Shown here: positions 37,150 to 52,614 of the stretch, piece after piece
Layout: each line of letters opens with the position of its first letter
How positions within the stretch are numbered: position 1 is the first letter of the stretch
Assembly: GCF_037042905.1 (NCBI RefSeq)
Contig: NC_087250.1
Coordinates: forward strand, 9,860,001-9,924,000
Origin: Lytechinus pictus
Lineage: Eukaryota
DNA: 64,000 bases
Direction: 5' to 3'
Translations under genes and position numbers: made by a program
Notes under the pieces: model-generated
What the model saw: only the letters and a program-made list of their open reading frames with translations
Database searches by the model: none
Told to the model about the DNA's origin: nothing

Positions 37150-39595
37150 CTGGGATCGAGAATTTGACGTGACACGACAAATTGAAGTAGATGGGAAAGT
37201 GAGTTAGCAGGGCATATAGAAACGGAGAAAAGAGACAAAGGCAGAAACGGGGAGACATATAAAGACAGAGGCAGAAACGGGGAGACATAAAAAGACAGAA
37301 GGGATGGTTTGGGAAATAAAAGTGATATTGCCATCTTTATCGTCAGAGGAACAATTGTATTCAAAACCTGTTATTTTACTCTCAAAACACTCGACGGGCG
37401 GATCCAGAGGGGCACATTCGGCCCGTGCCACCCCCTTTTAGGAGGCATCAGTATTTTTTGTTTTGGTCATTCATAGACGTGAGGACTTATTTTTTTATTT
37501 TATTTATTTTTTTGGCTTGTCAAATTGTTCATGGAACAAAATGACATTTCTTTGATATTGAAGACCTTTTTTTGCATGTCATTTTTTTCTACATCAAATA
37601 ACCTCGAATTGGTAGTGAGTTCTTTTTTTTCCAACATTTTCCTATAAATACGTGCCTCCCCCTCCCCATTAGAAAATCCTGGATTCACCCAAGCTCGATA
37701 CAATCCACACCCTTGTAGTACAAACTAGACAATGCTTTTTTTTCCATGGCGTGAAATTGGTAGTTTCATTAGTATGTGGGCGATTCCATGCTAGAAAAAT
37801 CAGCCATTTTCTCAACATTTTTCAACCTGCTGTCCAGACGAACGAAGAACTTCAATTTGCTTTGTGGTAATATTGAAGGACTACTGGGTAGACATGCAAA
37901 CAACTGACAACCAACATAAATATGTTGTCCATAGTTGAATTAGAGCTTAAAATGTTGCGTGCCGTACGGGACATTTCTGCGTCCCGTACAACACTTTTTA
38001 CCTCTAATTTACCCACAATCTATTTTTTGTGTGTGTTGGTTATTAGTTTTTCACATGACTACCCACGATAGCTTTATCATTGACAACAAAGAATATTTTA
38101 TTGCTCAAGCATTCGGCTAGGAAACTAGAAATTGTCAAAATGTCCCGTACGAAACGCATGGAATCGCCCATGTGGAATTCACAGCGGAGCAATTGCCCAG
38201 AGGAGCAAATTTCATCGAATCATTATGAGCCACCAATTTTCGACAACGAATTCTTGCTCTATGTCATAAAGGATACTCGATATTTTATCCTACATAAATC
38301 AAATTTTGTATACATATTGGTCAGAATAGCATCATGTGACCAAACATATTTTCACTATTTTGCGATGATGTTGAAAATGAAATGACCATTGAAGAAAATT
38401 GACTATTCCGTGATGTCAATAACGGAATAATGCACTATTCCATCATTGACATCTCATTATACTGACACACATCATGCAATCTCTCGGGCGCATCGGTCAG
38501 CGAGGCAATTCGACCGGGCAAATCTTTGGCGTAGGCACAAATCCGCGCGATATCTGTATTTCAGTTCAGATTAAAAATAGGATGAACTAGATGTGCAAGA
38601 ACTAGATTATCAAGACGTATTGTTCTAACTTAATATTAAATGTACGATATAAAACAAATATACCAGGCTTTCATTTTGAAAGTAAAGAGGCAATTATTCA
38701 TTCTCGGTTGCACTGGCAAAATTAGTAATGCCAGTCCAACCTCGGACAAATAATTACGCAAGGCCTGATATGTTTCTATAATATAATTTCCCTGCTTCTG
38801 GACCCTCCGAACATCGTGGAGCGAAAACTCGCTGCAGATATAAAAATGACAGTCTTAAAAGAGGCTTTGACAACATACCTGGGAGTTTGAAGATGAAGAT
38901 GAATCGATTTGAAACGATTCTCTTTATCCCTGGCCAGTTGGTGTCATCTCTGACTATTAACTTGGGTTCCAGGGCAGCGATGTCTACCGTTTGCAGTAAG
39001 CCTGCTCCGCACCTTGCGTTTACTGGCATACCAAACTTTAAGACTGAAAAAAAAAATCAGACGAGATTCCAAGTCAGTCCCATCCCTACCGTCTTCGGTG
39101 AGCAAAAACAAATATGTGGCTTGGCCCTGGGAAGCGGGGGTATACTGGGGAGAAGGGGGGGGGGTATCTTTCTTTTTCTTTTTTCGCGAATTTTGTCGCC
39201 AAATTTGTCGTGATGTATATTAACCTTGCTTGAGCTGTGATCAAACCAGCGCCTGAAACTGGATGGAAGTTGTCCGGATTCCAGCAGGAGAGCCAATTTG
39301 GGGAGTGTTATAGGATATCACGTATAAACGGAAGCGTAAAAGAAAACACTGGTACGCCGAGTACAAAACGAAATTGATTATTGATCATCGATTCTTTTTT
39401 TAAGCATCCATGGGACTACGCTTGAAGGGAGGTTGATGATGTTGGAGAAGAATGCAATGAATAAGAGGGTTATCAACACAGAGCGTTCGTGCATAATAAG
39501 CTAAAAGATAAATGCAAAATACCACAAAATATACGTATTGGGTTAGAAATATTACGGAATCCATGTGACATAAACGTAACTAAGTAAATACTTAC

Positions 39596-39650
39596 TCAAA
39601 AGCAAAAAGCTTGTTAGCACTAGAGATCTTCTAACGAAACCTCTCGTCAT
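39596..39650 (-). CDS. Gene 2 signal-peptide-like first coding exon
   Basis: Same sequence and splice sites as 4586-4640. Confidence 0.65.
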
Positions 39651-42600
39651 CTTCTTCAACGCCGAGTATATTTACTGGAAACAAGAGATGCGTAAATATG
39701 GACAAGTTTGTGTATTGATTTGATTTTTACGCATTTACATAGCATTTATGATTTATGTCATTCACGCAGACAAGTTATTACATGAATGATAATAATAATA
39801 CTAATTATTATTATTATTATATAACTTATCCGTTAGTATTTGCACATATGGGCAGTTGTAATTATATATTATAACGGTTATGGATTTGAGTTTTTTTCTA
39901 ATCAGTATGACCATTTAGTTTCAAACGTTGTTCTTCCGAGGTCAAGTATAATAATAATAACAATAATAATAGTAATAACAATAATGATAATAACAATGAT
40001 GATAACAACAAAAGCTGGATTTTTAAGCGATCTTTGTCTGAGGATACATAGCGCTGCAATAATTACCCCAGCTTTAACTGTGCTGCCATGGCCCTTGGAA
40101 GCGGGGTGCTGAGTGTATTAATCACCATTGGCAGCACCCCCAGGTATTCTGGCATAAATTGGGGGAAAATCTTAACCAAAATTACCCTCATTTTGTAGTA
40201 AAACCCCCTGTTTGTTGTTTTCTTTTTTCAAATTTCTTGAAACCAATTTGAGCTCCTGGAGGGCCCTGATACGGGCTAAAGCTGAAGCATTCAAGGAATT
40301 TCTTCCTACAGGTTACCCATTCATCTCGCCTGGGTTGAGTGCAGCACAATGTGGGTAAATTTCTTGAAGGAAAGTAGACCATGGCTAGGAATCGAACCCA
40401 CGTCCCTCAGATTAAAAGATGAGAGTCATAAAGTACTAGACCACGACACCCCCACATAAAGAGCAGAACAAATCGTAGCAGGTGATGGATGATCCGATGT
40501 TATCTCTTTTCCTCAACTTTGCAGGGCGTATATATGTTACCATCATAATCATAACACACACACAAACAAAACTACACCACGGTCGTTTCCCTCCAGGGCT
40601 GCAACTTGTCACCTTTGCTATTTCATTCTTGCTTTCACTTAGTTTACGAATGTTTTTCGAATGTTTTCCAAGGACGTTATGTGCGTCAACGCAGAGAATA
40701 ATCCTTTGTTCATAGGGGGGAACAATGCTTACCCCCCCCCCAAAAAAAAAAAAAAATGACTGTCCTCTGACTGACGCTCATGATGGACATGATGGTAAAA
40801 ATGGTAAAGATAATGTCTGTTACCTCTGCCTTGTTTCCTTTTGCATCCGCAAGCCTCACAAAATTAGTACAGACCTTAAAACATTGATACTTATCAAGGC
40901 AGAATCTCCTAAGTCAAGAATACGCATGCATTCAATGCGCGCAAATTGTGTTTCGTCGCAGAGCAACACACTACAGCAGTGGCACGAAGACAGCATTTAC
41001 GCATTGATTGTCAAGATCCCAACGTGAGTGATAGCTTTAAAGGGGAATCCAGCCCTGGCCATACACTGTTGTGTTGAGAAGGAGAAAAATAAATTAAAGA
41101 GAATGGTGATAGTTTGAAAGAAATTGGACAAGCAATAATAAAGTTATAGCTGTTTATAAATTGAGATCACTAATACTATGTAGATTTCAAATTGGCAAAT
41201 GGGTAAGTAAATTATGACAAGGGGCAAGGACAACTTTCCCATAGGCCATGTACTTTATTATCAGCGATTTGTGGTTTTCTCCTAAGTACCCATTCCCCTG
41301 GGGCCTTAATCTAAATATAAAAAAGGTAGTATATTGTTTTATGTCTTCATGAAAGAAAAACATAAATTAAAATAAAACTTTTGGGAAAAAATGACATTTT
41401 AGCCATAATATGCATTGGAGTACATGGAAGAGTATTCCTTGCCTTACATCACTATGACATCCCATATGCGGCCATTTGAAGTCTCCATGGGTATAGTGAT
41501 TACCAATATTTACAACTTTTAAAAATTCATAACTTTCTTGTTGTTTGTCCAAAATTGTTCAAACTTCCACCTATCAACTTGTCTGATTTTTCTTTTCCTT
41601 ATAAAAACAAGTTTTTATTTGGGTTTGATTCCCCTTTAAAGGTATACGTTCCTGGAATTCATGAGGGCGTTGGACAAACTACGCTCAACTTGCGGCGCCA
41701 GCTACTCATTGGCACCAGTGCAATACGACGCCTACGCAGATGCCACGTTCTGTATGCCCGAACTGCATGACGACTTTCAATTCGCGTATGCTTCAGCTGC
41801 TGTTCAAAGATCTTGGCAGGTTGGCCCCGCCTCCTACTGCAGTGACGTAAGCAGATCAACGCAGCGCAGTACTGTGCATAGGTACATGCACATCACTGGT
41901 GATTGACAGCCGCATGCAAATTACATGTACGACAATGATCTTTGTAAAGAGGTAAGAGGCGAGTAGAGCAGTAACAATACCGTCCAACAGCGCCATACCT
42001 TTTAGTGAGCATATCCGAGATACCGAATTCAAATGATGACCGGAAGCACTCTCAAAACAAAACAGTCGAAATGACTAGTTAATCGGGTCAGTTGAGTGCA
42101 AACTGTCATTCTAGTCATGTGTATTCTAATTGTATTTTACTAGAACAGAGTTATTTCTGACTAGAATATACGTCAGAAATGTGACTAGACATTGTCAGTT
42201 GCACCCAGCTGACTACTGATCTAGTCATTTTGACTGCTGTGATTCAAGGATGTGTGACCAGGGCTTCACAAGACAAAGAGCCTTGCTCTAAAACTGACCA
42301 TGCTCATGCATGGAATTAACTTCAAGAAAAAAATTAATAGGACGAACATCCATTTCCCCCAGATACTTTTCCTATCTACAACATAAATGATTTATACCTC
42401 GGTCACATTTGCTCTACGGCGAGTCGAAAACAGCCGTTTTATTCATTTTTTCTAAACCACCTTTATGTAGCTGGTACAAAAATGTTAAAACGGTCGTTTT
42501 CGATTCGCCGTACGGCCGCCGTAGAGCAAATGTGACCGAGGTATCAGTGTTAAACAGTGTGGCCCGTATTCTGAACTTCGGTTTAATCTAAACTCTTGTC

Positions 42601-42704
42601 TAAAGTTGTGGTTTAACAATGAAAAGTCAGTCGTGGCACAAGTCTCTAGGAAAAAAGTATTTGGCAGACTAGTTAATTAGAATATAAAAATGTGTAAAAA
42701 TAGT

Positions 42705-44279
42705 AACTTATATATTTTTTCTTGCCATCCAGGCTGAAAGCTGGCTCATTAAACATAAGGAGCGCGCAATTAAAACCAAACCATTCAATTTTTGGCCTCT
42801 CGTAGTTTTAACACTGGCTTAGACTATTCTATAACTTACACCCTACTTCGGAATACCGTCCAACCTTATATATTTTTCTTGCCATCCAGGCTGGAGGCTG
42901 GCTCATTAAACATAAGGAGCGCGCAATTAAAACCAAACCATTTAATTTTTGGCCTCTCATAGTTTTAACACTGGCTTAGACTATACTATAACTTACACCT
43001 TACTTCAGAATACCGTCCAACCTTATATATTTTTTCTTGCCATCCAGGCTGAAAGCTGGCTCTTTAAACATAAGGAGCGCGCAATTAAAACCAAACCATT
43101 CAATTTTTGGCCTCTCGTAGTTTTAACACTGGCTTAGACTATTCTATAACTTACACCCTACTTCGGAATACCGTCCAACCTTATATATTTTTCTTGCCAT
43201 CCAGGCTGGAGGCTGGCTCATTAAACATAAGGAGCGCGCAATTAAAACCAAACCATTTAATTTTTGGCCTCTCATAGTTTTAACACTGGCTTAGACTATA
43301 CTATAACTTACACCTTACTTCAGAATACCGTCCAACCTTATATATTTTTCTTGCCATCCAATCTGAAAGCTGGCTCATTAAACACAAGGAGCGCGCAATT
43401 AAAACCAAACCATTCAATTTTTGGCCTCTCGTAGTTTTAACACTGGCTTAGACTATTCTATAACTTACACCCTACTTCGGAATACCGTCCAACCTTATAT
43501 ATTTTTCTTGCCATCCAGGCTGGAGGCTGGCTCATTAAACATAAGGAGCGCGCAATTAAAACCAAACCATTTAATTTTTGGCCTCTCATAGTTTGAACAC
43601 TGGCTTAGACTATACTATAACTTACACCCTACTTCGGAATACCGTCCAACCTTATATATTTTTCTTGCCATCCAGGCTGGAGGCTGGCTCATTAAACATA
43701 AGGAGCGCGCAATTAAAACCAAACCATTTAATTTTTGGCCTCTCATAGTTTGAACACTGGCTTAGACTATACTATAACTTACACCTTACTTCAGAATACC
43801 GTCCAACCTTATATATTTTTTCTTGCCATCCAGGCTGAAAGCTGGCTCATTAAACATAAGGAGCGCGCAATTAAAACCAAACCATTCAATTTTTGGCCTC
43901 TCGTAGTTTTAACACTGGCTTAGACTATTCTATAACTTACACCCTACTTCGGAATACCGTCCAACCTTATATATTTTTCTTGCCATCCAGGCTGGAGGCT
44001 GGCTCATTAAACATAAGGAGCGCGCAATTAAAACCAAACCATTTAATTTTTGGCCTCTCATAGTTTTAACACTGGCTTAGACTATACTATAACTTACACC
44101 CTACTTCGGAATACCGTCCAACCTTATATATTTTCCCTTGCCATCCAGGCTGGAGGCTGGCTCATTAAACATAAGGAGCGCGCAATTAAAACCAAACCAT
44201 TTAATTGTTGGCCTCTCATAGTTTTAACACTGGCTTAGACTATACTATAACTTACACCCTACTTCGGAATACCGTCCAA
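42705..44279 (+). repeat. 157/158-bp tandem satellite, 10 units
   Basis: Same unit; 1575-bp span. Confidence 0.97.
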
Positions 44280-45333
44280 TAAGTTCTACGTAGGTTGAAA
44301 GTAGAAAATCACCGTTTGGATCCGTCCCCGTCGATGGAAGTTGAGTCTGTAATAAGCAGCCGAAGCGATGGCATATTTTATTGTTGGCTTCAACGATCTC
44401 AAACAGACTATACTTAAATAACAACGTGTCTTCCATCACAACACCTCGTACGTATTCAATAAATGAATAATATTTTGACAACTGTAACTGTTTATGTTGA
44501 TTCATATATTCAATAAATATTGGAAGATAAAAAAATTTGCCTAAAATAACATCAAACTTTTTCTTTTTAATGATCAAACATAACAATGGTTTATAGTATT
44601 TTTACAGTCCATATCAATAAACATTTTTGAAGAACTGTAATATTACATTTCTAATGCTATGGTGACAGCACGTTGTTCGTGTCTTTGCACGAACTTATCT
44701 CACAACCTAAACTAATTAATGTTTATGATAATCAATAATTGTGAAAAATATATATTATAGATTCACGTACTGGCTCCATACAGTCAGAACAATAAACAGC
44801 CCAAAGTTAATGTTTTTTTTTTTTGCTTTGCCTTTTTTTGCCTCTGAATATGATTGATCTGATCATAACAAATTTGAGTAACTTTGAATAAACATTTGTT
44901 TGGAAAAAAAGCATTTACTTTCGGATTTATTTTTTTCACTACATATATGCAGTATATATATATATATATGACCTAGATGGTGCAAACTGAAATATTGTTT
45001 TCTGTGGATCATTGTAATGCCGGGAGTGGCAGAATGGTGCAGGATTAAACTCTGAACATGGTATTTTCATGAATCAGAAGAGTGAATGGAGACATTTAGT
45101 CTAGTCTTACTTTCACTGTGATAAAAAACAATTTTTATGTTTTACATGTTATCACAGTTATATTGTGCTGCACTCAACTCAGGTGAGGTGAATGGGTACC
45201 TGGTAGGAATATATTCCTTGAAATGCCGAGCGCGTAAAATCTGTTTGAGCTACAGCCAGGGTAATAATATCCTAGTCCTTTGAAAGCATAAAGACGTTAT
45301 TCATAATGTGCTATGCGCCATACAAGAACTGAC

Positions 45334-45387
<54 letters not shown>

Positions 45388-48300
45388 CCACTCCCGCACT
45401 ACCATTCACACATGCATGCACAGCATTATGATTGATCTGATCTTTAAACAAATGAGTAACTTTGAATAAATATTTGTTTCGAAAAAAACATTAAAGGACA
45501 AGTCCACTCCAACAAAAAGTTGATTTGAATAAAAAGAGAAAAATTCAACAAACAAAACATTGAAAATAGCATCATAATCGGATGTAAAATAAGAAAGTTA
45601 TTACATTTTAAAGTTTCGTTTAATTTTACAAAACAGTTATATGCTCATCCTGGTCAGTATGCAAATGAGGAGACTGATGACGTCATCCACTCACTATTTC
45701 TTTTGTATTTTATTATATGAAATATGAAATATTCTAATTTTCTCCTCATTGCCAAGTGAAACAACGATTAACTCCTCCCTGAACATGTGGAGTTAGCATT
45801 GTTTAACACTATATGGTTCAGTCAAGTTGGTCCTTGATATTATATATTGTATTGTATTGTAAATATTGTATAATTCAAACATAAAAAACAAAAGAAATAG
45901 TGAGTGATGAACATCATCGACTGACTCACCTAGTTGTGCATATCACTGTTTTGTGAAAAATAAGCGAAACTTTAAAATGTCATAACTTTCTTATTTTACA
46001 TCCGATTATGATGAAATTTTCAGTGTTGTGCTAGTTTTATTTTTCTCTATTTATTCAAATCAACATTTTTTGGGGGTGGACTTGACCTTTAACTTAGGAA
46101 TTAGATGGACAACTACACCTGGGTTTCCTTATTCATATAGTGCAGTGGGTTCTTAATGTGCAAAGGTGGTGACTTTCCTCGAGACAGGACCTCAAATTAA
46201 CGCCCTATCCGAGAGACGGTTTTCTTCGACTGTAACATAGCCAGCATCGATAGAACAGAAATGAAACGTATATTATTCAATCATGTATATTTTTGTTGTT
46301 TTTATATTTTTTGGTGACTTATGTTTTAAGGGGCTTGTTGAAAAATAGCCTGACGGTCAAGAGCTTTTTTACACCATATTGAAATTAACAAACAAACAAA
46401 TAAACAGAACTGGAGCTTTTTTTTTTCCTTGTGCTGATATATCCCTAGACACCTATAACAAACTTAGCACCTAAAAACACTCATAACATGCGTAACTGTA
46501 GGAACCGGTTTGTGCAACATCACCCAATAACAGGTAGGGGAGACCGGTGACAATTGTAACATGTGGCAAATGTAACAGAGGCTCTCACTAGTCCGGCAGC
46601 CCAGGAGATTTATTCAACCGGAAGCCGGACAAGCAAATGACCCCATAGCTGGATGGCATGGACCCTGAAATTTACAAAAATGCATTGCTGCCGGGTTTTA
46701 TCCGTGGTCTTCCCGCCTAAATGATCTATAACGTCACTACAAAATGGCCCTATTTCACCATTTTTTTGACATTCTACACATCGCATGAAGTCAAGGTGGA
46801 ATAGCTCAGCCAAACCATACTTGTTTTGTATGAAACTTACAAAATATATTGTTCAAGTATTCAAAAGAGACATGCAAAATTTCACGAACAGGAATTATTG
46901 TTTACATATGCAAATTACGTCATGAAATTTGCATATCATTAATTTTTGAGATTTTTTGCATCAAAAATTGTCGAAAATCGATTTAGAAATTTATTTTCTT
47001 TTTTAGTGTACTTTTTTTGATATATTTCCTGTCAAGCATAATATCGTTCTCTTTATCTATATCTATACTTTTAGAAAATATATGTCAGTAATTGGAAAAG
47101 GCATTATAGACTGTGATTTCAACCCCCTTTTCAATATGGTGCGTATATAGAAATCCCGCGTTTTGGGCCTATTTTCACCATTTAGCTGAGGTGTGCGAAC
47201 GATATGCCCACTTTATCGATGTTTCCTGCATTTTGCATGATATTAAATCTTCGAAACAACATATTTTCATCTTAATTATGTCTCTGCTGATAAATAAATG
47301 ATTTCAGCAAAGATTGATTGCCCACTGGGCAGTCTATAGGTTACGTTTTCAGCCTAGTTTTCGACGACGAACCTATACCATGTATGACTGCATTATTGTA
47401 GTCAAGTCGGAAATGGGAGTTCCTGTGCACCATCAAAATATACTTTTAAATCAACGTTTTTGTATTGCCTGAAGTGTCTAGTTAATGAATCTTGATGTTT
47501 TCTTTGCAAAATCGTGTCCCACTGGGTTCAAATTGATATTTCTGGCGGCCCTTTTGGATTTTTTTCAATGAAAATTCATTATTTTCATATTTTTGTGCAG
47601 AGAGTGTGACAATAGGACAATCTCACATGAATACGCATTTTACTATGATTCGGATAGTAGAAATCGGTTGAAATCGTTTTCTGGACAGACCTGCTAATAT
47701 ATTTTGAAATAAATAAAAATATACCCCGAAATTGTCATGCTTTTGGTCCAAAATTTGCATGTGCATTAATATCTATCTGCTCAGTCATTAACATCAACAA
47801 CTATTGCAAAATATCAGCATTCGACACGAAAGAGGATATATTATACCAAGAATACTGAAACGCTTCGTGACAGTATAAATGAATGTCTTAATTTGCTTAG
47901 TTAAAGGGAAAATACCATGTATTACTCGTTATTGCGATAAAATGACACAAAAAAGCAACCTCTGTGTCATAGGCACACATGCAAGAGCCCGAGGAAGGTC
48001 CCCTTTCCCTATCAGTAGCTTGTCTAAAAAATGTAATTTTTTGAGCCCCCAATGTGACAAGATGGTGGTTCCTTTATGTAGAAAAACAACTCTTATTTTA
48101 TTGAAATCACTTGGAGACAAAACAGTAGGCTCTTCTCTATCAGCTACATTATAAAGAAGTGAGGGCACAGCAAAGCCTACCCCCCCCCCCCCCCTTACGG
48201 GACCGCCAAAGTCCCCCATCCTTTTTTCGTATTTTGCCCATTTCTTGGAAAATTCGCAATTTTTGTAGCCCCCTTGAAGGGAAAAAACGTTTCTGCTTTG

Positions 48301-51300
48301 CAGTCAAGTCACCTTTATTGTTTTTAACCACTTGGAGATAAAATAATAGACTTTCCTCTATCTGCTACATATAGGGAAGTGCTGACACAGCGAAGCCTAA
48401 GCCTAAACCCTCAGGGTGCTGCCGAAGTCACTCACCCTTTTTTTTTGTATTTTACCTATTTATGGGAAAATATGCCATTTTGGAGCCCCCATTGAGGCAG
48501 AAAGCGTTTCTGCTAGGTAAAAATGCCACTTTTATTGTTTAAAACTATATGGAGACAAAAGAATAAAGTTTCCTCTATCTGCTACATATAAAGAAGTGCT
48601 GATACAGCAAAGCCTATCCCCTCTGGGGACTGTCGAAGTTACCCACCCTTTTTTTATATTTTACCTATTTGTGGGAAAATATGCCATTTTTGGAGCCCCC
48701 ATTGAGACAAAAAGCGTTTCTGCTATGTAGTAAGGCCACTTTTATTGTTTTTAAACTATATGATGGAGCGTTGTGGCCCAGTGGATAAGTCTTCTGACAT
48801 TGAAACATTCTGCTGCACTCGACCCAGGTAAGGTGAATGGGAAACCCGGCAGGATTAATTCCTTGAATGCACGAGCGCTGAAAGGCAGCTCGAGCTAAAG
48901 ACGGGGTAATAATAATAATAACAACGCGCCTCGGAATAGAATATTTCTGGATAGATGGCGATTTATTGCGATGCCGTTGGGATGAAAGTATATTTCAGGT
49001 GGAATTTTCTTTGAAGAAAAAAAAGTTATATTCGTGCCAAATGTATTCTACTGTCTGTTATTATACTTTGGAACATCGTTTAATAGAAATATATAAATAT
49101 CAAATCTATGATTTATATTACATTTTCTATCATGATATGTCACTACTGAAAACCTATGTTTGTGTTGAAAAGTAACTAACAAAAATATGAAATGTTGTGT
49201 CAAGTTTTTATTTTTATTTGTCTAAAATATGAAGATGTTTGGGGAAAAATGACACATAAATATTGTTCAGCTCTCGATGAAAAAGCAAAGTGATAAAGGG
49301 GCATGATATACTCATTTGATTGATATCAAATTCGTCATGATAGCACAAATATTTTATAAGATACAGTATAATCTTATGATGTTTGGCAAGTGTCAACTTT
49401 TCCCTGGGTGTATGTAAATTTTTGGCCTCATGACAGCGTGCAAAGCCTTGCATATAAATGTAAAAAAAAAAATACTTTTACACCTCGAAAACAAAGAAAA
49501 CAAAGCAAATGTTTGGTTGCAGTATTCCGTGATATATTCTAAGGGTGAAACACTCCATGAAATTTACAAACCAATTCTCCATAAGATTACAATCGACAAT
49601 TGTTCACTGCCAAATATTTGTAAAAACATCACAATTCGAAATAATCAATTTACAGTGTTCAGAAAGGATTGTAACATATATATAAAAGGCGTAGAAATGG
49701 ATAAAACTTCAATAGGCCGCTTCCTGAGAACAACAAGGGGAGCCCGGGCTTAAAATCTCACAAGTACATACACTTGATAGAACTTCCCCTACCAAGGCGG
49801 GGAAAACATGTCCAGTGTCCCAGACTATATTATCTCGCAATACTGCATACAAACGTCACCTACTGGCTGGCTCAGTGACTTTGTCAAATTCGAGCAGGCT
49901 GGCAAATCACAACCCAGCATTCAAACCACCGATATAATAATGGGTGTGACGTAATTATGAAAAGTGGGCAGCTCTCCGATAAACCAATCGCTGATCGGCC
50001 ACATGGTTTTCGTCAACGAGAAAGCCACAAATGTTGAGGATATAAATCCACAGGTGAGAGGAAACTCACTGAGGTTCGAGCCATTATCCATATCAGAATT
50101 TTTCGGTATGGCCTTAATAGAGATCTCTCTTGGCTGGACAAAATTATATATTTTTTTACAAATAATTTCAGGAATATTTCATGAGGTAATCAGCAATAAT
50201 CATCTTACTAGGCTATCAATTTACTTTTAGGTATTATTATTCTTTTTTGTCTAGCACACATTTAATTCTCCTCCAAACATATTGACACTTGATTTCAAGA
50301 TAAAGTAATATTAGAGTTCATTGTCACCTCATTTTATCCTGAATTAGTCTCATAAGAGGCCTTTATCGATTACCTTATTCTTTTAATGCATATTCATGAG
50401 TCCAGGACGAAGCTGCTGTTTTGATACACCAATTTTCGACAAAGACTTTATAGGTTAATCTTTGTCACGAATGGGATTCGATAATACATGTTCAATGTTC
50501 TTGAAAGAGTTCTTCGTCGCAGCGCAACAACTTGATAAAGAGATAGGGGTATTGTTGATGAGATATTGCTTGAGTATCGTCTGGGATGGTTTTGCGTCAT
50601 GCAAAAGATGTGGAGCGTCGTGGCCTAGTGGATTAGTCTCCGGAATTTGAAACAGAGGGCCGTGGGTTCAAATCCCAGCCATGGCGTAATTTCCTTCAGC
50701 AAGGAATTTATCCAGTGTGCTGCACTCGACCAAGGTGAGGCACCTGCTTAGCCGGGTAATAAAGATAGCAGGGCCCGCTGGGAGAACAGTTTTCGAAACT
50801 GAAGTGGCTACCCTGGGTAAAAATACCGTTATTATTATTATTATTATCATACAGATCGAGCTTGTCTTGGTGTATACATATTGTAATCCTACCGAGTCTG
50901 GCCCGAATGCCTCTGGAAAGCAGACGGCACAAAAAAATAAGCATTTTATTTCAGAGACTCAAGGATGCAGGGAAGGGCATGGGCAATATCACAGAATATT
51001 AACACAGTGACCAAACAAAATCAATTCAATTCAATTCTTTATTCCATTTCCATTCAAAACACAATACAAAGTAATATAAATCAGATACAATTTTAGAGAT
51101 GAGCATCCTTACTTCGTAAACAAAAAAAATCACAATGTCTTCCCTTTGAAGTAAATAGAAAACAATAATAATGTTTGTAACTAATCATTTATATTGGGAT
51201 TTATTCATTATTTAGTCCATATAAGGGCTCCGTAACACAAAGGTTTGAACTCAATCGCTAAATACCAATGACCAATCAAGATCTTCGTTGCACGCGCACT

Positions 51301-52614
51301 TTGTTTAAAATACTGACCGGGAACGTTCGGTGCGGTTCTTTCATACATGCAATTCATCGCAAGCCTTTGTGTTACGGAGCCCTGAACATATTAATCTTGA
51401 CTCAATGCAATGTCAAAACCTTAATCTGCACCTGCCCCAAATTTAGTGCCGCCCTGTTTCCATGGCAATGTACCGGTGCGTTGTTACGTACACCTGGAAT
51501 CCAAGCAACATGGGCATGATGGGGAAGCTACGAACTGAAGCAGAGGTTCAAGGTTCGAGCCCTGTGTCCCGTTACTCAAAGGTTACTGATTAATCGTACG
51601 CTTGATTTTTACTATGGATTGTACATCGTATTCAATGCAATACTTAATAACATAATAATTATATACAATTGTTATACAATAATGGCTTAGCCAATATATA
51701 CATACGCAATGGCAGTCATAAAGATACATGTTATATACAATAACCAATGTTACATAGTAATAATGAAAACATATAATGTCATTGTTGGTTTCGTCTGTAA
51801 TCTGATTGCGCCACACCAGTGCATACAGGGGGCACCTTGGGGGCGTTTGCCCCCCCCCCCCAAAAAAAAAAGTTTTCACCATCAAGACAAAAAAAGCGAT
51901 ATAATGTAAAGAAAGGAAAGAGATGGGTGAAATGTATGTATAATATCATTTTCTGAATATTAAGTCAAAATCTATCACTATATTGGATTTTTGTAACAAA
52001 AAATATCGAAAGTTTTGTTCGTCTCTTCGCTCGCTCGCAACATTCTTTTGATTTTTCCCGGTACACCATATTTGGCACCTAAATTCCTTTGGCTCATTAA
52101 ACTACTGAGTCGAGCTGAGTGATTTGTTGAAAATAACATTATCTCCTTACGTTTCGTGTCCATGAATATTCATGAGGCGTACTGACTAAATAAGCCCCAT
52201 GATATCATAGCTATGTCAATCGTGTCGGTACCGAATTGAAGCCATTTTAGTCTTTCCCCGGATGAATAGCATTTCGGACTTTTCGCAATTATTACGGGGA
52301 AACTCTCTACAACGCACCAATCTCTTTGAAATTTAAGTCAAACAACAATTGAGAGCAGAGAGGCTTTTTCCGAAAGTTGGTGGACCGGGACAGTATCGAA
52401 TGTTGGTGGACCGGGACAGTATCGGAATATCTTGACTCTGGACAACGACATATTTGCAATCGTTCGCCCGGTGCAAATCGTCGGATGATCTGCTGTACCA
52501 GTCCACCATCTTTCGACAAAAGCTACTCAGCTCTCCATTGTGATTTTAATTGCATTTCCAAAGGAATCAATGCGTTGTAGAGAGTTTCCCTGTAGTAAAT
52601 GCGAAAAGTCCCTA